Shown one piece after another: positions 47,217 through 57,134 of a DNA stretch of 64,000 bases (position 1 is its first letter; the number at the start of each line of letters is the position of its first letter). The position numbers and the translations under genes are program-made. Source of the stretch: Bacteroidota bacterium (GTDB lineage Bacteria > Bacteroidota > Bacteroidia > UBA8524); assembly GCA_006226545.1 (NCBI GenBank), contig SBGR01000061.1:122-64121 (forward strand). Reading direction: 5' to 3'. Below the pieces are notes generated by a model. The model was given only the letters and a program-made list of their open reading frames with translations, searched no databases and was not told the DNA's origin.

Positions 47217-47230
47217 CCTGTTATTAAAAA

Positions 47231-50200
47231 CTACTCACTCTTCGTAATCTTATAAACGGTGAAAGCCTGATCAGAGTAGACGTATAAGAAGTATACTCCT
47301 TTAGGTAATTCACCTAAGTATAACTCCAACGAATTGAAATTATTTTCCGTTGTCACCGAAATAATTTTTCCGTTCAGATCTCTTACTTCTGCGTTGATAA
47401 CCGGATTAGCACCATTCGATTCAACGTATAACTTGTCTTTAACCGGGTTCGGGTAAATACGGAAACTGGAGGCTGGCAATTGAACCGAAAGGGTTTTGAG
47501 GTCGATACTTTGTGTGTTCACTTCAAAATTTAACTCATCGCTCGATTCATTGCTTGAATTCAAGGTAACAAAGTAGGTAGCGGTGCTTTTTCCTGGAATA
47601 TCAACGGAAACCTTATAGGTGCCGTAAGCCAAGTCTTTGAATTCATACCTGCCCGCATTGAAGGTATAGGTCACGGCCACAGGCTTATCTTGCGTATCAA
47701 AGAGATTTACTTGAATACCATCTAATCCGGCGCCATTTTTATTAGCCCCCTGACTAATATAGCCTCCAATAAATCCTGGTCCACCTGGATTGGTTCCTAG
47801 AACCATGTCTAGAGTAAAGCCACCATAGGTCCAAATATGATGTTGGTTAGCGTAGAAGTTAGACGAGATTTTATGTCCTCCCGTCCATTGAGTGGAATTT
47901 GTCATGTAGGTAGGGAGGTAATCGGAATAGTATTTAGATCCCGGTAATAACGCACCTTTAATCATGGTATACCCTGTAGAAGGCAAGCAACTGAAGTCGA
48001 CCCAAATTCCTGAATCAACGCCACTATAGAGGGTGATGGAGTCATTGGATCCAATGGTCCAGTTGGTAGAATCAACCGTAATAAAATAGATACGGATGGA
48101 GTCGTAATCATTCAATACCTGACCGTTAAATTGAAGGTATACGAAGTAGTCGTTACTTGCTACTCTACCACAATGGCTTATTTGGAAGTTTCTGCTTCCC
48201 GTACAAACCGGATTTCCGTTGTTGTCGAGTCTAACGCTATTAACCGTAAAGTTGCCGGATTCTGGAAAAACATAGGTTAAACTATCACCCTGAACACTGT
48301 CAACCGTGTTTCCATGGCTGATATACCATTTCATCGCTTGTTGATTAATTACAGCCGGTGGGGCCACAAATTGGAAGGCAAATGAACCAAGTTGATGGAA
48401 TGTTTCGGAACCACACGGGGGGTAACTCGTCACCCATTGCGCAGAACTGTCTTTACACGTGGTTGAATTAATGGTTAGGGTTACCAAATGCGATCCATGC
48501 GTATTAAAGGTTCTTGTTTGAGAAGCGCCAGAGTAGAAACCGGCATTGTCAAAAGTCCAACGGTAGCTTGAACTAGGTAGGCTTTGAAAATCTGCGGTAA
48601 ACGTAAGCTTGTTCGGGGTGATATAATTGGAGCTGAAATTAGCTGTACAAGGAGAGTTTCGTGGAACATATACCTGAATACTGTCCTTTTGATTTACACA
48701 TAAACCGCTGCTGTCGGTCATGGTGAGTCTGATGGTATAATTTCCAGAATCTTTGAAGAAGATGTGTGGGTTACCAAAACCGAGGCTTTGGAAGGTACCG
48801 CCATCTAAATCCCAAGTGTAGATCGCTCTATTTTGGCCCGACAAATAATTCAAAACAGTGCCATTTAAGCTGTATTGAATAAAGTTTGAATCGGCATAAG
48901 GCGTTCTGTTTAACACCAATTTACACTGAGACGTATCGGTGATAAAGATGCTATCAACAGCAGAAGCCGAAGTGAAATTATTGTAGGCATGGTAGTTTAC
49001 ATAATGCCATCCCGGAGTGGTAAACCAGTAAGGGCCCGAGTTTAAGCTGATAAGAGTGTCTGTTTGATCAACCACCATGTATTGTTGGTATTTGTATCCT
49101 TTGCTTGTCTGTTTCAAGGTATACATACCTGTTCCGGCTGTGGCAGGCGTAACGCTATGGCTTAAGATGTAAACCTGGGTATCCAACATCGCGGAGAAGT
49201 TGACTACCAAACTATCGTGGCAACCGTTTCCATTATTCCAAACCAATTTGGCTGTTTTTGCACCGGTATGGCTGAAGATATGGTAAGCTGTTGGTCCGGG
49301 GCGAATGGAATCTTCAATGTACCAGAGGTAGGTATGAAATGGACGGAATCCTTGAAAGGAGAATACATAGCGGAGGCTATCGGAAACGAAGGTATTGTAG
49401 TTTGGTACCGGCGTTGTGCAATCTAGGCCAACACCAACGGTTCGGCTGAAACTATCAATGCAGCTTCCATTCTTAATTTTTAATTTGATGGTAAAACTAT
49501 CCGGCCACTGAAATGTATGGTTAATGCTTGAGCCGCTACCGGTCGTATTGTCTCCGAAGTCCCAAGTATAAGTTGTAGGCAAAGCCGATAATATGGAAGA
49601 AGAATCTTTGCAGTAGGCCGAAGCACTAGTTGGAAGAATATCCCGAACTCCAAAATATGCATCGCAATTTGTATTGATGTAGGCAGTATCATAGCTGGTA
49701 ATGGTGCAGTTGGTGATGTTATCTGTAACGGTATGGCTAATGCCGTAAACACCATCTTGAGTATAGGTATGTGTTGGATTTACGGAAGTGGAGGTTTGTC
49801 CATCGCCAAAAGTCCAGACATGACTTAAATAGGCATGATTTTGAGCTGATTGCAATTGAATATCGCGTAAATTGGATTGAAGCGAAAACTGACTATTGCA
49901 AGGGTAGCTCACGCGTACAGTATCCGTTAAGGTTTCTTCGCAATGGCCGTTGGCTGCTCTAACCCTATGTTGAGCCAAGTAAACCCCGGGTTGAGCATAG
50001 GTATGATTGATAGCGATGGTATTTGAGCTATCGCCATCACCATAAAACCAAGTATGCTGTAAGCTTTGATGATAGCTAACAGGGTAAAACGAGGATGTCA
50101 GGGCAGTATCGTAGTGGTTGAATGCCGCATTGCACTGGGGGCTACAGTGTAAAGTGATGTTGATATTGACATAGTTCCCCGTATAACTGGTGGTATAGGT

Positions 50201-50485
50201 TTTCCAGATTCCGCAATCTTGGTAATTCACCGTAATCTGATTGCCGGTATATCCGGAACTTACCACAAAACTATCTACGCGGTATCCTCCCGAAGCATAG
50301 CTTCCGGTGAGGCTCAGTGCATTTGGATTAGCCGTACTATCACTATTCCGAATGGATGCGTTCACAGTGAAGTTTGGCGCTACATTAAAGGTGTCTGCAA
50401 AGGAGACACTCACGGATAGGTATTGGGCTTTTGCTGTTCCTAAAAGGAATAAACTAAAGAGGCATAAAAGTAGGAGACGTTTCAT
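47231..50485 (-). CDS. T9SS type A C-terminal sorting-domain cargo protein, PKD-rich, paralog C (about 1084 aa)
   Basis: Signal peptide MKRLLLLCLFSLFLLGTAKAQ; W.FGDG PKD-like motifs; conserved module GGYISQGANKNGAGLDGIQVNLF...GRYEFKDLAYGTYKV (CarboxypepD_reg/SdrD-B-like); C-terminal Por_Secre_tail-like ...KLYVESNG...AEVRDLNGKII...LPKGVYFLYVYS... ORF track start 50524 is an upstream in-frame extension. Confidence 0.8.
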   Translation of the reverse strand: MKRLLLLCLFSLFLLGTAKAQYLSVSVSFADTFNVAPNFTVNASIRNSDSTANPNALSLTGSYASGGYRVDSFVVSSGYTGNQITVNYQDCGIWKTYTTSYTGNYVNINITLHCSPQCNAAFNHYDTALTSSFYPVSYHQSLQHTWFYGDGDSSNTIAINHTYAQPGVYLAQHRVRAANGHCEETLTDTVRVSYPCNSQFSLQSNLRDIQLQSAQNHAYLSHVWTFGDGQTSTSVNPTHTYTQDGVYGISHTVTDNITNCTITSYDTAYINTNCDAYFGVRDILPTSASAYCKDSSSILSALPTTYTWDFGDNTTGSGSSINHTFQWPDSFTIKLKIKNGSCIDSFSRTVGVGLDCTTPVPNYNTFVSDSLRYVFSFQGFRPFHTYLWYIEDSIRPGPTAYHIFSHTGAKTAKLVWNNGNGCHDSLVVNFSAMLDTQVYILSHSVTPATAGTGMYTLKQTSKGYKYQQYMVVDQTDTLISLNSGPYWFTTPGWHYVNYHAYNNFTSASAVDSIFITDTSQCKLVLNRTPYADSNFIQYSLNGTVLNYLSGQNRAIYTWDLDGGTFQSLGFGNPHIFFKDSGNYTIRLTMTDSSGLCVNQKDSIQVYVPRNSPCTANFSSNYITPNKLTFTADFQSLPSSSYRWTFDNAGFYSGASQTRTFNTHGSHLVTLTINSTTCKDSSAQWVTSYPPCGSETFHQLGSFAFQFVAPPAVINQQAMKWYISHGNTVDSVQGDSLTYVFPESGNFTVNSVRLDNNGNPVCTGSRNFQISHCGRVASNDYFVYLQFNGQVLNDYDSIRIYFITVDSTNWTIGSNDSITLYSGVDSGIWVDFSCLPSTGYTMIKGALLPGSKYYSDYLPTYMTNSTQWTGGHKISSNFYANQHHIWTYGGFTLDMVLGTNPGGPGFIGGYISQGANKNGAGLDGIQVNLFDTQDKPVAVTYTFNAGRYEFKDLAYGTYKVSVDIPGKSTATYFVTLNSSNESSDELNFEVNTQSIDLKTLSVQLPASSFRIYPNPVKDKLYVESNGANPVINAEVRDLNGKIISVTTENNFNSLELYLGELPKGVYFLYVYSDQAFTVYKITKSE

Positions 50486-50541
50486 AAGCTGTAGGTCTTT
50501 GTAATTAGACTTCAAGATGGTCAATGGGTTGCCTGCAATAG

Positions 50542-50574
50542 AAAAAAAAGCCGACCCCTCAGGCCGGCTCTTTC
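50542..50574 (-). terminator. Intrinsic terminator after T9SS paralog B
   Basis: AAAAAAAAGCCGACCCCTCAGGCCGGCTCTTTCT; on the minus strand the stem AGCCGGCC/GGTCGGCT is followed by TTTTTTTT. Near-identical copy at 53948-53980. Confidence 0.65.
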
Positions 50575-50577
50575 TGC

Positions 50578-53500
50578 TTACTGTTTAACGATGCGTATTC
50601 GACTGAGGTAGGTTTCATCACCGGCCGTAAGTAAATACACTCCGGATGGTAAGGCACTCAAATCAAGTTCGATTTCCGTATCGCTATAGCGATTTGGTTG
50701 AATCGCAATTTGCTTTCCGTTCACATCGCGTAATTCTGTCCATTTTAAGGGGTACTTGCTCGTACTAGCAATGCGCACTTTTCCCGTAGTTGGGTTTGGA
50801 TACGCTTTGAAAACGCTCGACTTTATCACGGCCAAATGGTTGATCACACCAATGTCTTTGCTGTTGATTTCAAAATCAATATCGTCTACAGATTTAGTGC
50901 TTTGGCTTAGCGTCACATAATGAATAGAAGGAAGTTTTCCCGGAATCTCTACCATGAGTTTATAGCTTCCATACGGAATATTATTGAACTCATACCTTCC
51001 GGCATTGAAGCTATAGGTATAGGTCACAGGCTGATCATCCAGGGTATACAGATTGATTTGGATACCGTCTAGTCCGGCGCCATTTTTATTGGCTCCTTGG
51101 CTCACATAACCACCGATGAATCCAGAGCCGCCCGGGTTATTTCCCCTCCGCATATTGATGTTGGCAAATTGGTAACCAATGCGATTCACATAATGGTTTG
51201 CATTGCTCCACAAGGTGGCAGAATCAGAATAGGTAGGCAGAAAATCACTGTAGTATTTGCTTCCGGCCATGCATGCAGCCTTTACCAAAATAGGTCCTTG
51301 CACACAAGTCAAATTGAAGTGGAAAAAGCCGGTATCCGTATTTCTCAAGGTCATGGAATCATAAGCCGCTAAAATGCCTAAGCTGCTGTTATAGGTAATT
51401 ACGTATACTTTAAGAGAATCAAAGTCAGCTCTTAAGGTATCATCAAATGAAACTTGGCCTAACAAGATTTGATAGGATTGACCTAGAAGTCCGCAGTTAT
51501 TCAAGGTAAGGCTAGTTGTCTTAATGCAGCTCGTACTAGCCGCATTGTTTGATGGATCAACCGCAGTAGCTTTAACCATATAATTGCCTTGACTAGCATA
51601 AACATGTGAAATGGTATCGCTTGCAGTTATTTGAATGGTGCCATCTCCAAAGTCCCAACGGGTGCTTGAGAAATTGGAAACAGTGCTGCCTCGCTTAAAC
51701 AAGATTTCATAAGGCAGGGTTTGAGAGTAGTTAAAGTTCGCATTGCAATTAGCATTGGAATAGATGGTCAACTGAGAACTTTGAATACAACCTTGACTTG
51801 TCTTGAAGATGGTAAGTTTAACCGTTTTTAGACCGGTTGTACTGTATTCGTGCACCGGGTATTTCAAATTACTGATGGAGCCATCTCCAAAGTCCCACGC
51901 ATAGGTGTCGGCTAAGGTATCAGTTGGGGTGAACCTGTATTTGGCTGTGCTTATAGCATGGGCATTGAATGTAGCGATACAGTTACCGCCGTTTTGCGCA
52001 TTGGTGATGGACATTATCGTATCTGCACTTAACGAACATAAGCCTAGGCTATCATTTACCTCAAGTTTTACTTGGTATTGGCCATTGTATTGGTAAGTAT
52101 GCGTTGTACTTGAATATTCGTTATCCAAACTATCACCATCTCCAAATACCCAATGGTACTTGAGCTTTAATCCAATGGCGGAATAGTGCGAATTATTGTA
52201 GGCGATATTGGAATAGTAACTCACCTTGCCACTCGGGCTGGAGTATTGACTTTTCGTGATTTTCCGATCCGGACTCCCAAAATAACATTGATTACTTTGA
52301 CTTTGAACAGTTACCGTTAGCGAGTCTCTGAAATTGGCATTCCATACCACCATTTTTACCTGGTAGGTGCCGGCTTGCAGGTACCAATGCGACTTATAAT
52401 TAAAATTGGTATAGCGGAATCCGGTGGAGTCCCGTGTTCCGTCGCCGTAGTCTATGTACCCGCCGGTTTTGTATCCTTTACCGAAACCTAAGAAGCTAAA
52501 GAATCCGGAATTCTCGCCATGCGTTATTCGAATGGAGTCGAGAACCAAAGAGCTATCGTAAGGCATTCGAACTCGGTAGTTAAAACTGTCCAAACAATTG
52601 AGTTTATTATCGAGGTATAAGCGAATATCCACGCTGTCTTGCGAAACGGAGGTATACGCACTTGAATACCCGTTAGAACGGCTGTTGTCAGGCCATTTCC
52701 AAGAATAGTCTGCTCCATTGATAACGTCTGTATAATTTACGTAGATGGAATAGTTCTGTCCGTATGGCGCATACTGTTGGCTCAAGTTGATTAGCGGCTT
52801 ACGGCAATCCATGCCTACCGAGTCTTGTCTGTAAGCGGTATCAATGCAGGTTCCATTTTGCAATATGAGTCTCACCGTTTTAACACCCGGGCTATTGAAA
52901 CCTAAATGGATGGTTCCATTGCTTGTATAGGTATTGCCGCTTTCTGTTTCCCAGTAGAAACGAGTAAAATAACTTGAGTTGTAAGTGGAAGAGTCTATAG
53001 TGACAAGGTTATTGATGGTATTGCCATCCCTTAAGCCAAATTTAGCCTCACACGAATTGTTCACGTAGACCATATAGGTTTGCGATTTATAACAGCCGTT
53101 TCCGCTAATGGTATGGACTACACTGTACGCACCATATTGCGAATAAGTATGTGTTGGATCTATGGAATTACTGGTGCTGCCATCGCCGAAGTTCCATGTA
53201 TGATTCCAGCTTTGATCTTTGTATCTCGATTTAAAATCCACTTTGAGTTCTTCACCTCTGTATTCAAAATCTGCAGAACAGGGGATATTGATGTAGAGGG
53301 TACTTCGGGCTGTGTCTGAACAACCCAATTGGGCATTGCTTACGATATGGACTATGTCATAGCTACCGGAAGTGAAATAAAAATAACTCGGTGAAGTTTG
53401 AGTTGACGTAGCACCATTGCCAAAATCCCAGAAGTGCGAATAGCCTGAAAGTTGTTGGTGCGGGGTAAATTGAATAAGCTGATTGTTCGTTGAGCCGATA

Positions 53501-53874
53501 TTGTATCCGGCAAAACATGGAGGATCACATGGCAGGGTGATAACAAGATTTAAATACCAATTAGATGAGCTAAAGAAGGTATCGATCTTATGCCAAGAAC
53601 CGCATGCAAAGTAGTTGATGGTGATAAGCCTGGAAGTATAAGAAGTGGTGGTATAAAATGAATCTGCCGCTACTCCGGGTCCAAGGTATACGCCATTGTA
53701 TTGAAAGGCTTGGGTTACGGTTGCGCTATCTGAGTTGTTTACAGAAGTAGGCACTGCAACAGGCCAATTACCATTATTGGCATCCTTGTATTCAATATAG
53801 ACGCCTCCGCTAGATTGGGCATTGGCGGAGAGCATCCATAACAGGCAAACTATAGATAAGATGAGCTTTTTCAT
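50578..53874 (-). CDS. T9SS type A C-terminal sorting-domain cargo protein, PKD-rich, paralog B (about 1098 aa)
   Basis: Signal peptide MKKLILSIVCLLWMLSANAQ; same N-terminal CG.W...PC.P.C.A(G/F)N motifs, same C-terminal GANKNGAGLDGIQINLY...GRYEFNNIPYGSYKL module and CTD as paralogs A and C. ORF track start 53943 (GTG) includes a 23-aa extension across the terminator. Confidence 0.8.
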   Translation of the reverse strand: MKKLILSIVCLLWMLSANAQSSGGVYIEYKDANNGNWPVAVPTSVNNSDSATVTQAFQYNGVYLGPGVAADSFYTTTSYTSRLITINYFACGSWHKIDTFFSSSNWYLNLVITLPCDPPCFAGYNIGSTNNQLIQFTPHQQLSGYSHFWDFGNGATSTQTSPSYFYFTSGSYDIVHIVSNAQLGCSDTARSTLYINIPCSADFEYRGEELKVDFKSRYKDQSWNHTWNFGDGSTSNSIDPTHTYSQYGAYSVVHTISGNGCYKSQTYMVYVNNSCEAKFGLRDGNTINNLVTIDSSTYNSSYFTRFYWETESGNTYTSNGTIHLGFNSPGVKTVRLILQNGTCIDTAYRQDSVGMDCRKPLINLSQQYAPYGQNYSIYVNYTDVINGADYSWKWPDNSRSNGYSSAYTSVSQDSVDIRLYLDNKLNCLDSFNYRVRMPYDSSLVLDSIRITHGENSGFFSFLGFGKGYKTGGYIDYGDGTRDSTGFRYTNFNYKSHWYLQAGTYQVKMVVWNANFRDSLTVTVQSQSNQCYFGSPDRKITKSQYSSPSGKVSYYSNIAYNNSHYSAIGLKLKYHWVFGDGDSLDNEYSSTTHTYQYNGQYQVKLEVNDSLGLCSLSADTIMSITNAQNGGNCIATFNAHAISTAKYRFTPTDTLADTYAWDFGDGSISNLKYPVHEYSTTGLKTVKLTIFKTSQGCIQSSQLTIYSNANCNANFNYSQTLPYEILFKRGSTVSNFSSTRWDFGDGTIQITASDTISHVYASQGNYMVKATAVDPSNNAASTSCIKTTSLTLNNCGLLGQSYQILLGQVSFDDTLRADFDSLKVYVITYNSSLGILAAYDSMTLRNTDTGFFHFNLTCVQGPILVKAACMAGSKYYSDFLPTYSDSATLWSNANHYVNRIGYQFANINMRRGNNPGGSGFIGGYVSQGANKNGAGLDGIQINLYTLDDQPVTYTYSFNAGRYEFNNIPYGSYKLMVEIPGKLPSIHYVTLSQSTKSVDDIDFEINSKDIGVINHLAVIKSSVFKAYPNPTTGKVRIASTSKYPLKWTELRDVNGKQIAIQPNRYSDTEIELDLSALPSGVYLLTAGDETYLSRIRIVKQ

Positions 53875-53947
53875 AGGCTTGAATTTTATGTTGGACAGAA
53901 TTTGGCACTGAGGGTTGCCTCCGTTTCGATAAAGAATCAACACGCAT

Positions 53948-53980
53948 AAAAAAAGCCGACCCTCAGGCCGGCTCTTTCTC
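53948..53980 (-). terminator. Intrinsic terminator after T9SS paralog A
   Basis: AAAAAAAGCCGACCCTCAGGCCGGCTCTTTCTC; same hairpin as at 50542. Confidence 0.65.
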
Positions 53981-53993
53981 TCTCGCTAAATAA

Positions 53994-55991
53994 TTACTGT
54001 TTAATGATGCGCAATCGGCTAATCAGCTGGTCGTTGCCGGCTTCTATCAGGTATACACCCGATTCTAATCCGCCCAAATCCAACTCCAATTTATCCGGTC
54101 CGGCCTGACGCATTTGCACCACGCGAACCTTACCTTGAATGTCCATCACGCGCACAAAGGTCAGCTCTTCACCCAGTGTACTTTCTATCGTGAGCTTCTC
54201 CGCCACCGGGTTAGGGTAGGCTTTGAAAAGGTTCGCACGTACGGCAAACGCAGAATTCAATACACTGATATCGGTTGAGTTCACCTCAAAATTGAGGTCG
54301 TCTGCACTTTGTTTCGCTTGACTCAAAGTAACGTAGTGTATAGACGAGGTCTTGCCCGGAATCTCCACCAAAACCTTATAGCTGCCCAGAGCTAAGTTGC
54401 TAAACTCATACCTGCCTGCATTGAAGGTAGTGGCAAAAGCGACGGGTTGATCCGTTGCGGTAAACAGCGTCACCTGTATCCCGTCTAGTCCGGCACCGTT
54501 TTTATTGGCTCCTTGGTTGATATAGCCACCAATAAATCCCGGTCCGCCCGGATTGGTTCCGGCAATCATGTGAATCTGAATTCCGAAATTGTTATTCGGG
54601 TTGAACTCCCTTGCCGCCGACCACAATACAGCGCTATCTGCATAGGTAGGAAGGTAGGAGCTATACAGTGATGAACCCGGCATTAATGCGGCTTTAAAGA
54701 GGTTACGTTGGTTGTAATCGCAGTCTTCAAAATAGAACCAGCCGGAGTCTTGGTTGTAAATCACCAAAGAGTCTAAGGCGGTTAAAGTTTGGTTTACAGA
54801 ATCGTAAGCGATGCGGTAAACTTTAGCCGAATCATAGGCCGTCATGAAGGAAGTAGGGAAGATAACCTGCCCGTGGTAACCCGCCGGGAATCCTACTTTA
54901 CCGCAGTTGTTCAATACCGTAGATTGTGTGGTATAGCAGGCTTGAACATTGTTCACCAATACATTGCAACGGAAGCCAAAGTTCCCTGCACCAGGTAAAG
55001 TCACCGTGATATTATGTCCTGTAACCGTTGAATTGATGCCCGGTCCGGAGATAACCCATTCCGAGGTGCCTACGCTTGAATCGTTGCGGGTGAGCCTGAA
55101 CTGAAATGGACTAAGCCAAGTTTTGGTAAAGGATGCATCGCAGTTTTGTGTTACGGTATTAAAGGTCCTGAAGGTGCTGTCAATACAACCTTGCCCGAAA
55201 ATAGTGAGATATGCGGTATAGGTATTTGCAGCGGCATATTGGTGGTAAATGGTGTCAACCGCGGAGGAGGTGAAATTCTGCATGTTGCCATCGCCAAAAT
55301 TCAGTTGGCAGTTTCTGCCTGCAGGCCAAGTATTGGCAATAAACTCAACGTTATTATTGCTCATCACATTGTAGTCGAGGTTGGTAGTGCAAGAGCTGTC
55401 GACGAAAATCATTTGTACCGAAGAATCTTGGCAATAAGAGCCTTGCTTCACCGTATGTGCTAAGAGGTGATTTCCGGCTCCGGTGATGTATTGACCGTGC
55501 GTTCTGCTGTTGGAGATAAGCACATTGTCGAGGTACCAAGCATGTGCTGAGTTAACATCGGTTGAAGACATGCTCAGGTAGCTAAACATATCGATGCCGT
55601 AGTTAAAGCTAGCATCGCAGGTATAGGTGCAGGGTAAGGTAAATACGTGAGCGATGGTACTGTTTTGACTTAAGACGGTGTCAAACTGAACGGTTGTTCC
55701 ACAGACGTTCACAGAAAAGGAAATTTGGTTGCCGGTATAACTGGCAGGAATCGTTACCGAATCAATGATGCGGTAGGTGCCGGTATTGCCGCCGTAATAG
55801 CCGGAATAGGCCATGTCGTAAAAAGCTTGTCCGTTGGTGCTGGAATCGGTGTTGGTGACTTCCAAGGTTAGATTGCTTGGCCATAAGTTGCCGTTAGCAT
55901 CCTTGAAAGTCATCTCATAGTACTGAATAAATTGGGCCTGAGCGGTCCAAGCGCTGATGAGGAACATCAGCAGTAAACTAAGTTTTTTCAT
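53994..55991 (-). CDS. T9SS type A C-terminal sorting-domain cargo protein, paralog A (665 aa)
   Basis: Signal peptide MKKLSLLLMFLISAWTAQAQ; shared N-terminal and C-terminal modules (GGYINQGANKNGAGLDGIQVTLF...GRYEFSNLALGSYKV) and CTD (KLTIESTLGEELTFVRVMDIQGK...LESGVYLIEAGN). Starts 27 nt after the GT2 stop. Confidence 0.8.
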   Translation of the reverse strand: MKKLSLLLMFLISAWTAQAQFIQYYEMTFKDANGNLWPSNLTLEVTNTDSSTNGQAFYDMAYSGYYGGNTGTYRIIDSVTIPASYTGNQISFSVNVCGTTVQFDTVLSQNSTIAHVFTLPCTYTCDASFNYGIDMFSYLSMSSTDVNSAHAWYLDNVLISNSRTHGQYITGAGNHLLAHTVKQGSYCQDSSVQMIFVDSSCTTNLDYNVMSNNNVEFIANTWPAGRNCQLNFGDGNMQNFTSSAVDTIYHQYAAANTYTAYLTIFGQGCIDSTFRTFNTVTQNCDASFTKTWLSPFQFRLTRNDSSVGTSEWVISGPGINSTVTGHNITVTLPGAGNFGFRCNVLVNNVQACYTTQSTVLNNCGKVGFPAGYHGQVIFPTSFMTAYDSAKVYRIAYDSVNQTLTALDSLVIYNQDSGWFYFEDCDYNQRNLFKAALMPGSSLYSSYLPTYADSAVLWSAAREFNPNNNFGIQIHMIAGTNPGGPGFIGGYINQGANKNGAGLDGIQVTLFTATDQPVAFATTFNAGRYEFSNLALGSYKVLVEIPGKTSSIHYVTLSQAKQSADDLNFEVNSTDISVLNSAFAVRANLFKAYPNPVAEKLTIESTLGEELTFVRVMDIQGKVRVVQMRQAGPDKLELDLGGLESGVYLIEAGNDQLISRLRIIKQ

Positions 55992-56018
55992 AGGTTGCGA
56001 TTTTACTTTTAGACAACA

Positions 56019-57134
56019 CTATGCGTAGTGGGTTGTCTCAAAATCGCGACCCTTCCATTTTTTTTTGCTCGGTAAAAGGAAATAGATCGGGGTTACCAAT
56101 GAGAGGAAAACGGAGTAAAACTCGTAGAATACAAAACGCAAGAAGCTGCTTTTCTGTCCAACCAAAATACTCAATGTGCTGAGGGCAAAAGACTGAATCA
56201 AAAAACGGGTGAACCAGAGGTAAAGGGCCATCTGCGGAAAGAAGATCAAGCCTAAAATCAGAAAGGGTTGAAATGATCCGAAGAGCACCAACAGCATTTT
56301 CCAATACAAAGGCAAACCTTGTCCGCCCGTAAGCCAACGTTTTCTTTGCTGCATCAAGGTGCCCCAGGTTGGAGCAGGTTCGGAGCCATTGGTATTGGCC
56401 GCTTCACAGAGGTGAATGGCCTTCCACCCGGCTTCTTTTATCGCTTTATACAAAAGGAAATCTTCAGTGATGCTGAAGGGCAGTTTCTCATAACCGCCGG
56501 TAGCCCAATAGGCCTCTTTTCGCACAGCCATATTATTTCCCACCGCTGTGGCGCCCAGTCCAACACGGTCGAACGCAAAGAGTATCCCCATAAAATACAG
56601 CCAATCCAAATGCTGCATCCGGGCAAACCCTGATTTACCGCTGATGGTTGTTGTGGCACTCACGCAGCCAATACCTTCTGTAAACCTTGGCATCATGGAG
56701 CTCACCCAGGTAGTGGGCACTTCAATATCGGCATCGGTAATAAAGAAAAAGTCACCCTGAGCTGCATGGGCTAGATGGGCTAATACATTGGCCTTCTTGC
56801 GGGCATTGCCCAATTCCGATTCAATCTCAATCAGCTTAAAACGCGGATCTTTATCGCAAAAGGCTTGCACCAATTCTGCTGTGCGGTCTTCGCTTTGGTC
56901 GTTGCCAATCAGAAACTCCAAACGGTCTGCCGGGTAATCCAGCTGAGCCAAACTCGCTAAACAGGCCATGATGTGTTCTTCTTCGTTGCGCGCTGCCACC
57001 AGCACGCTTACCAAAGGGTAGCTTTCATTTTTCGACTTCTTTTCATCGGCTTTGCCAAAGGCCTGCAATAACATCGCTAGCACAAAAGCCTGAACAAACA
57101 AGTAGAGGAAAAGCGGAATCAGTAATAGAATCAC
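56019..57134 (-). CDS. Processive membrane family-2 glycosyltransferase (NodC/PgaC/IcaA/BcsA-like synthase)
   Basis: N-terminal TM, GT2 domain with DxD (FITDADIEV), G....R (GNNMAVRKEAY), TED (SITEDFLL) and Q.xRW (LMQQRKRWLTGG) motifs, then three or four C-terminal TMs. GTG start overlaps the deacetylase stop (GTGA). Confidence 0.8.
   Translation of the reverse strand: MILLLIPLFLYLFVQAFVLAMLLQAFGKADEKKSKNESYPLVSVLVAARNEEEHIMACLASLAQLDYPADRLEFLIGNDQSEDRTAELVQAFCDKDPRFKLIEIESELGNARKKANVLAHLAHAAQGDFFFITDADIEVPTTWVSSMMPRFTEGIGCVSATTTISGKSGFARMQHLDWLYFMGILFAFDRVGLGATAVGNNMAVRKEAYWATGGYEKLPFSITEDFLLYKAIKEAGWKAIHLCEAANTNGSEPAPTWGTLMQQRKRWLTGGQGLPLYWKMLLVLFGSFQPFLILGLIFFPQMALYLWFTRFLIQSFALSTLSILVGQKSSFLRFVFYEFYSVFLSLVTPIYFLLPSKKKWKGRDFETTHYA

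Noticed and set aside
47073-47255. 60-aa plus-strand ORF in the terminator-rich gap
   Set aside because: Runs through a strong bidirectional hairpin and overlaps the 3' end of the convergent T9SS gene. No start context or conservation signal.
53875-53943. N-terminal extension of T9SS paralog B (GTG start at 53943) reading through the upstream terminator
   Set aside because: The extension (MLILYRNGGNPQCQ...) precedes an obvious signal peptide starting at the ATG 53874 and spans the terminator hairpin. The shorter start is far more plausible.
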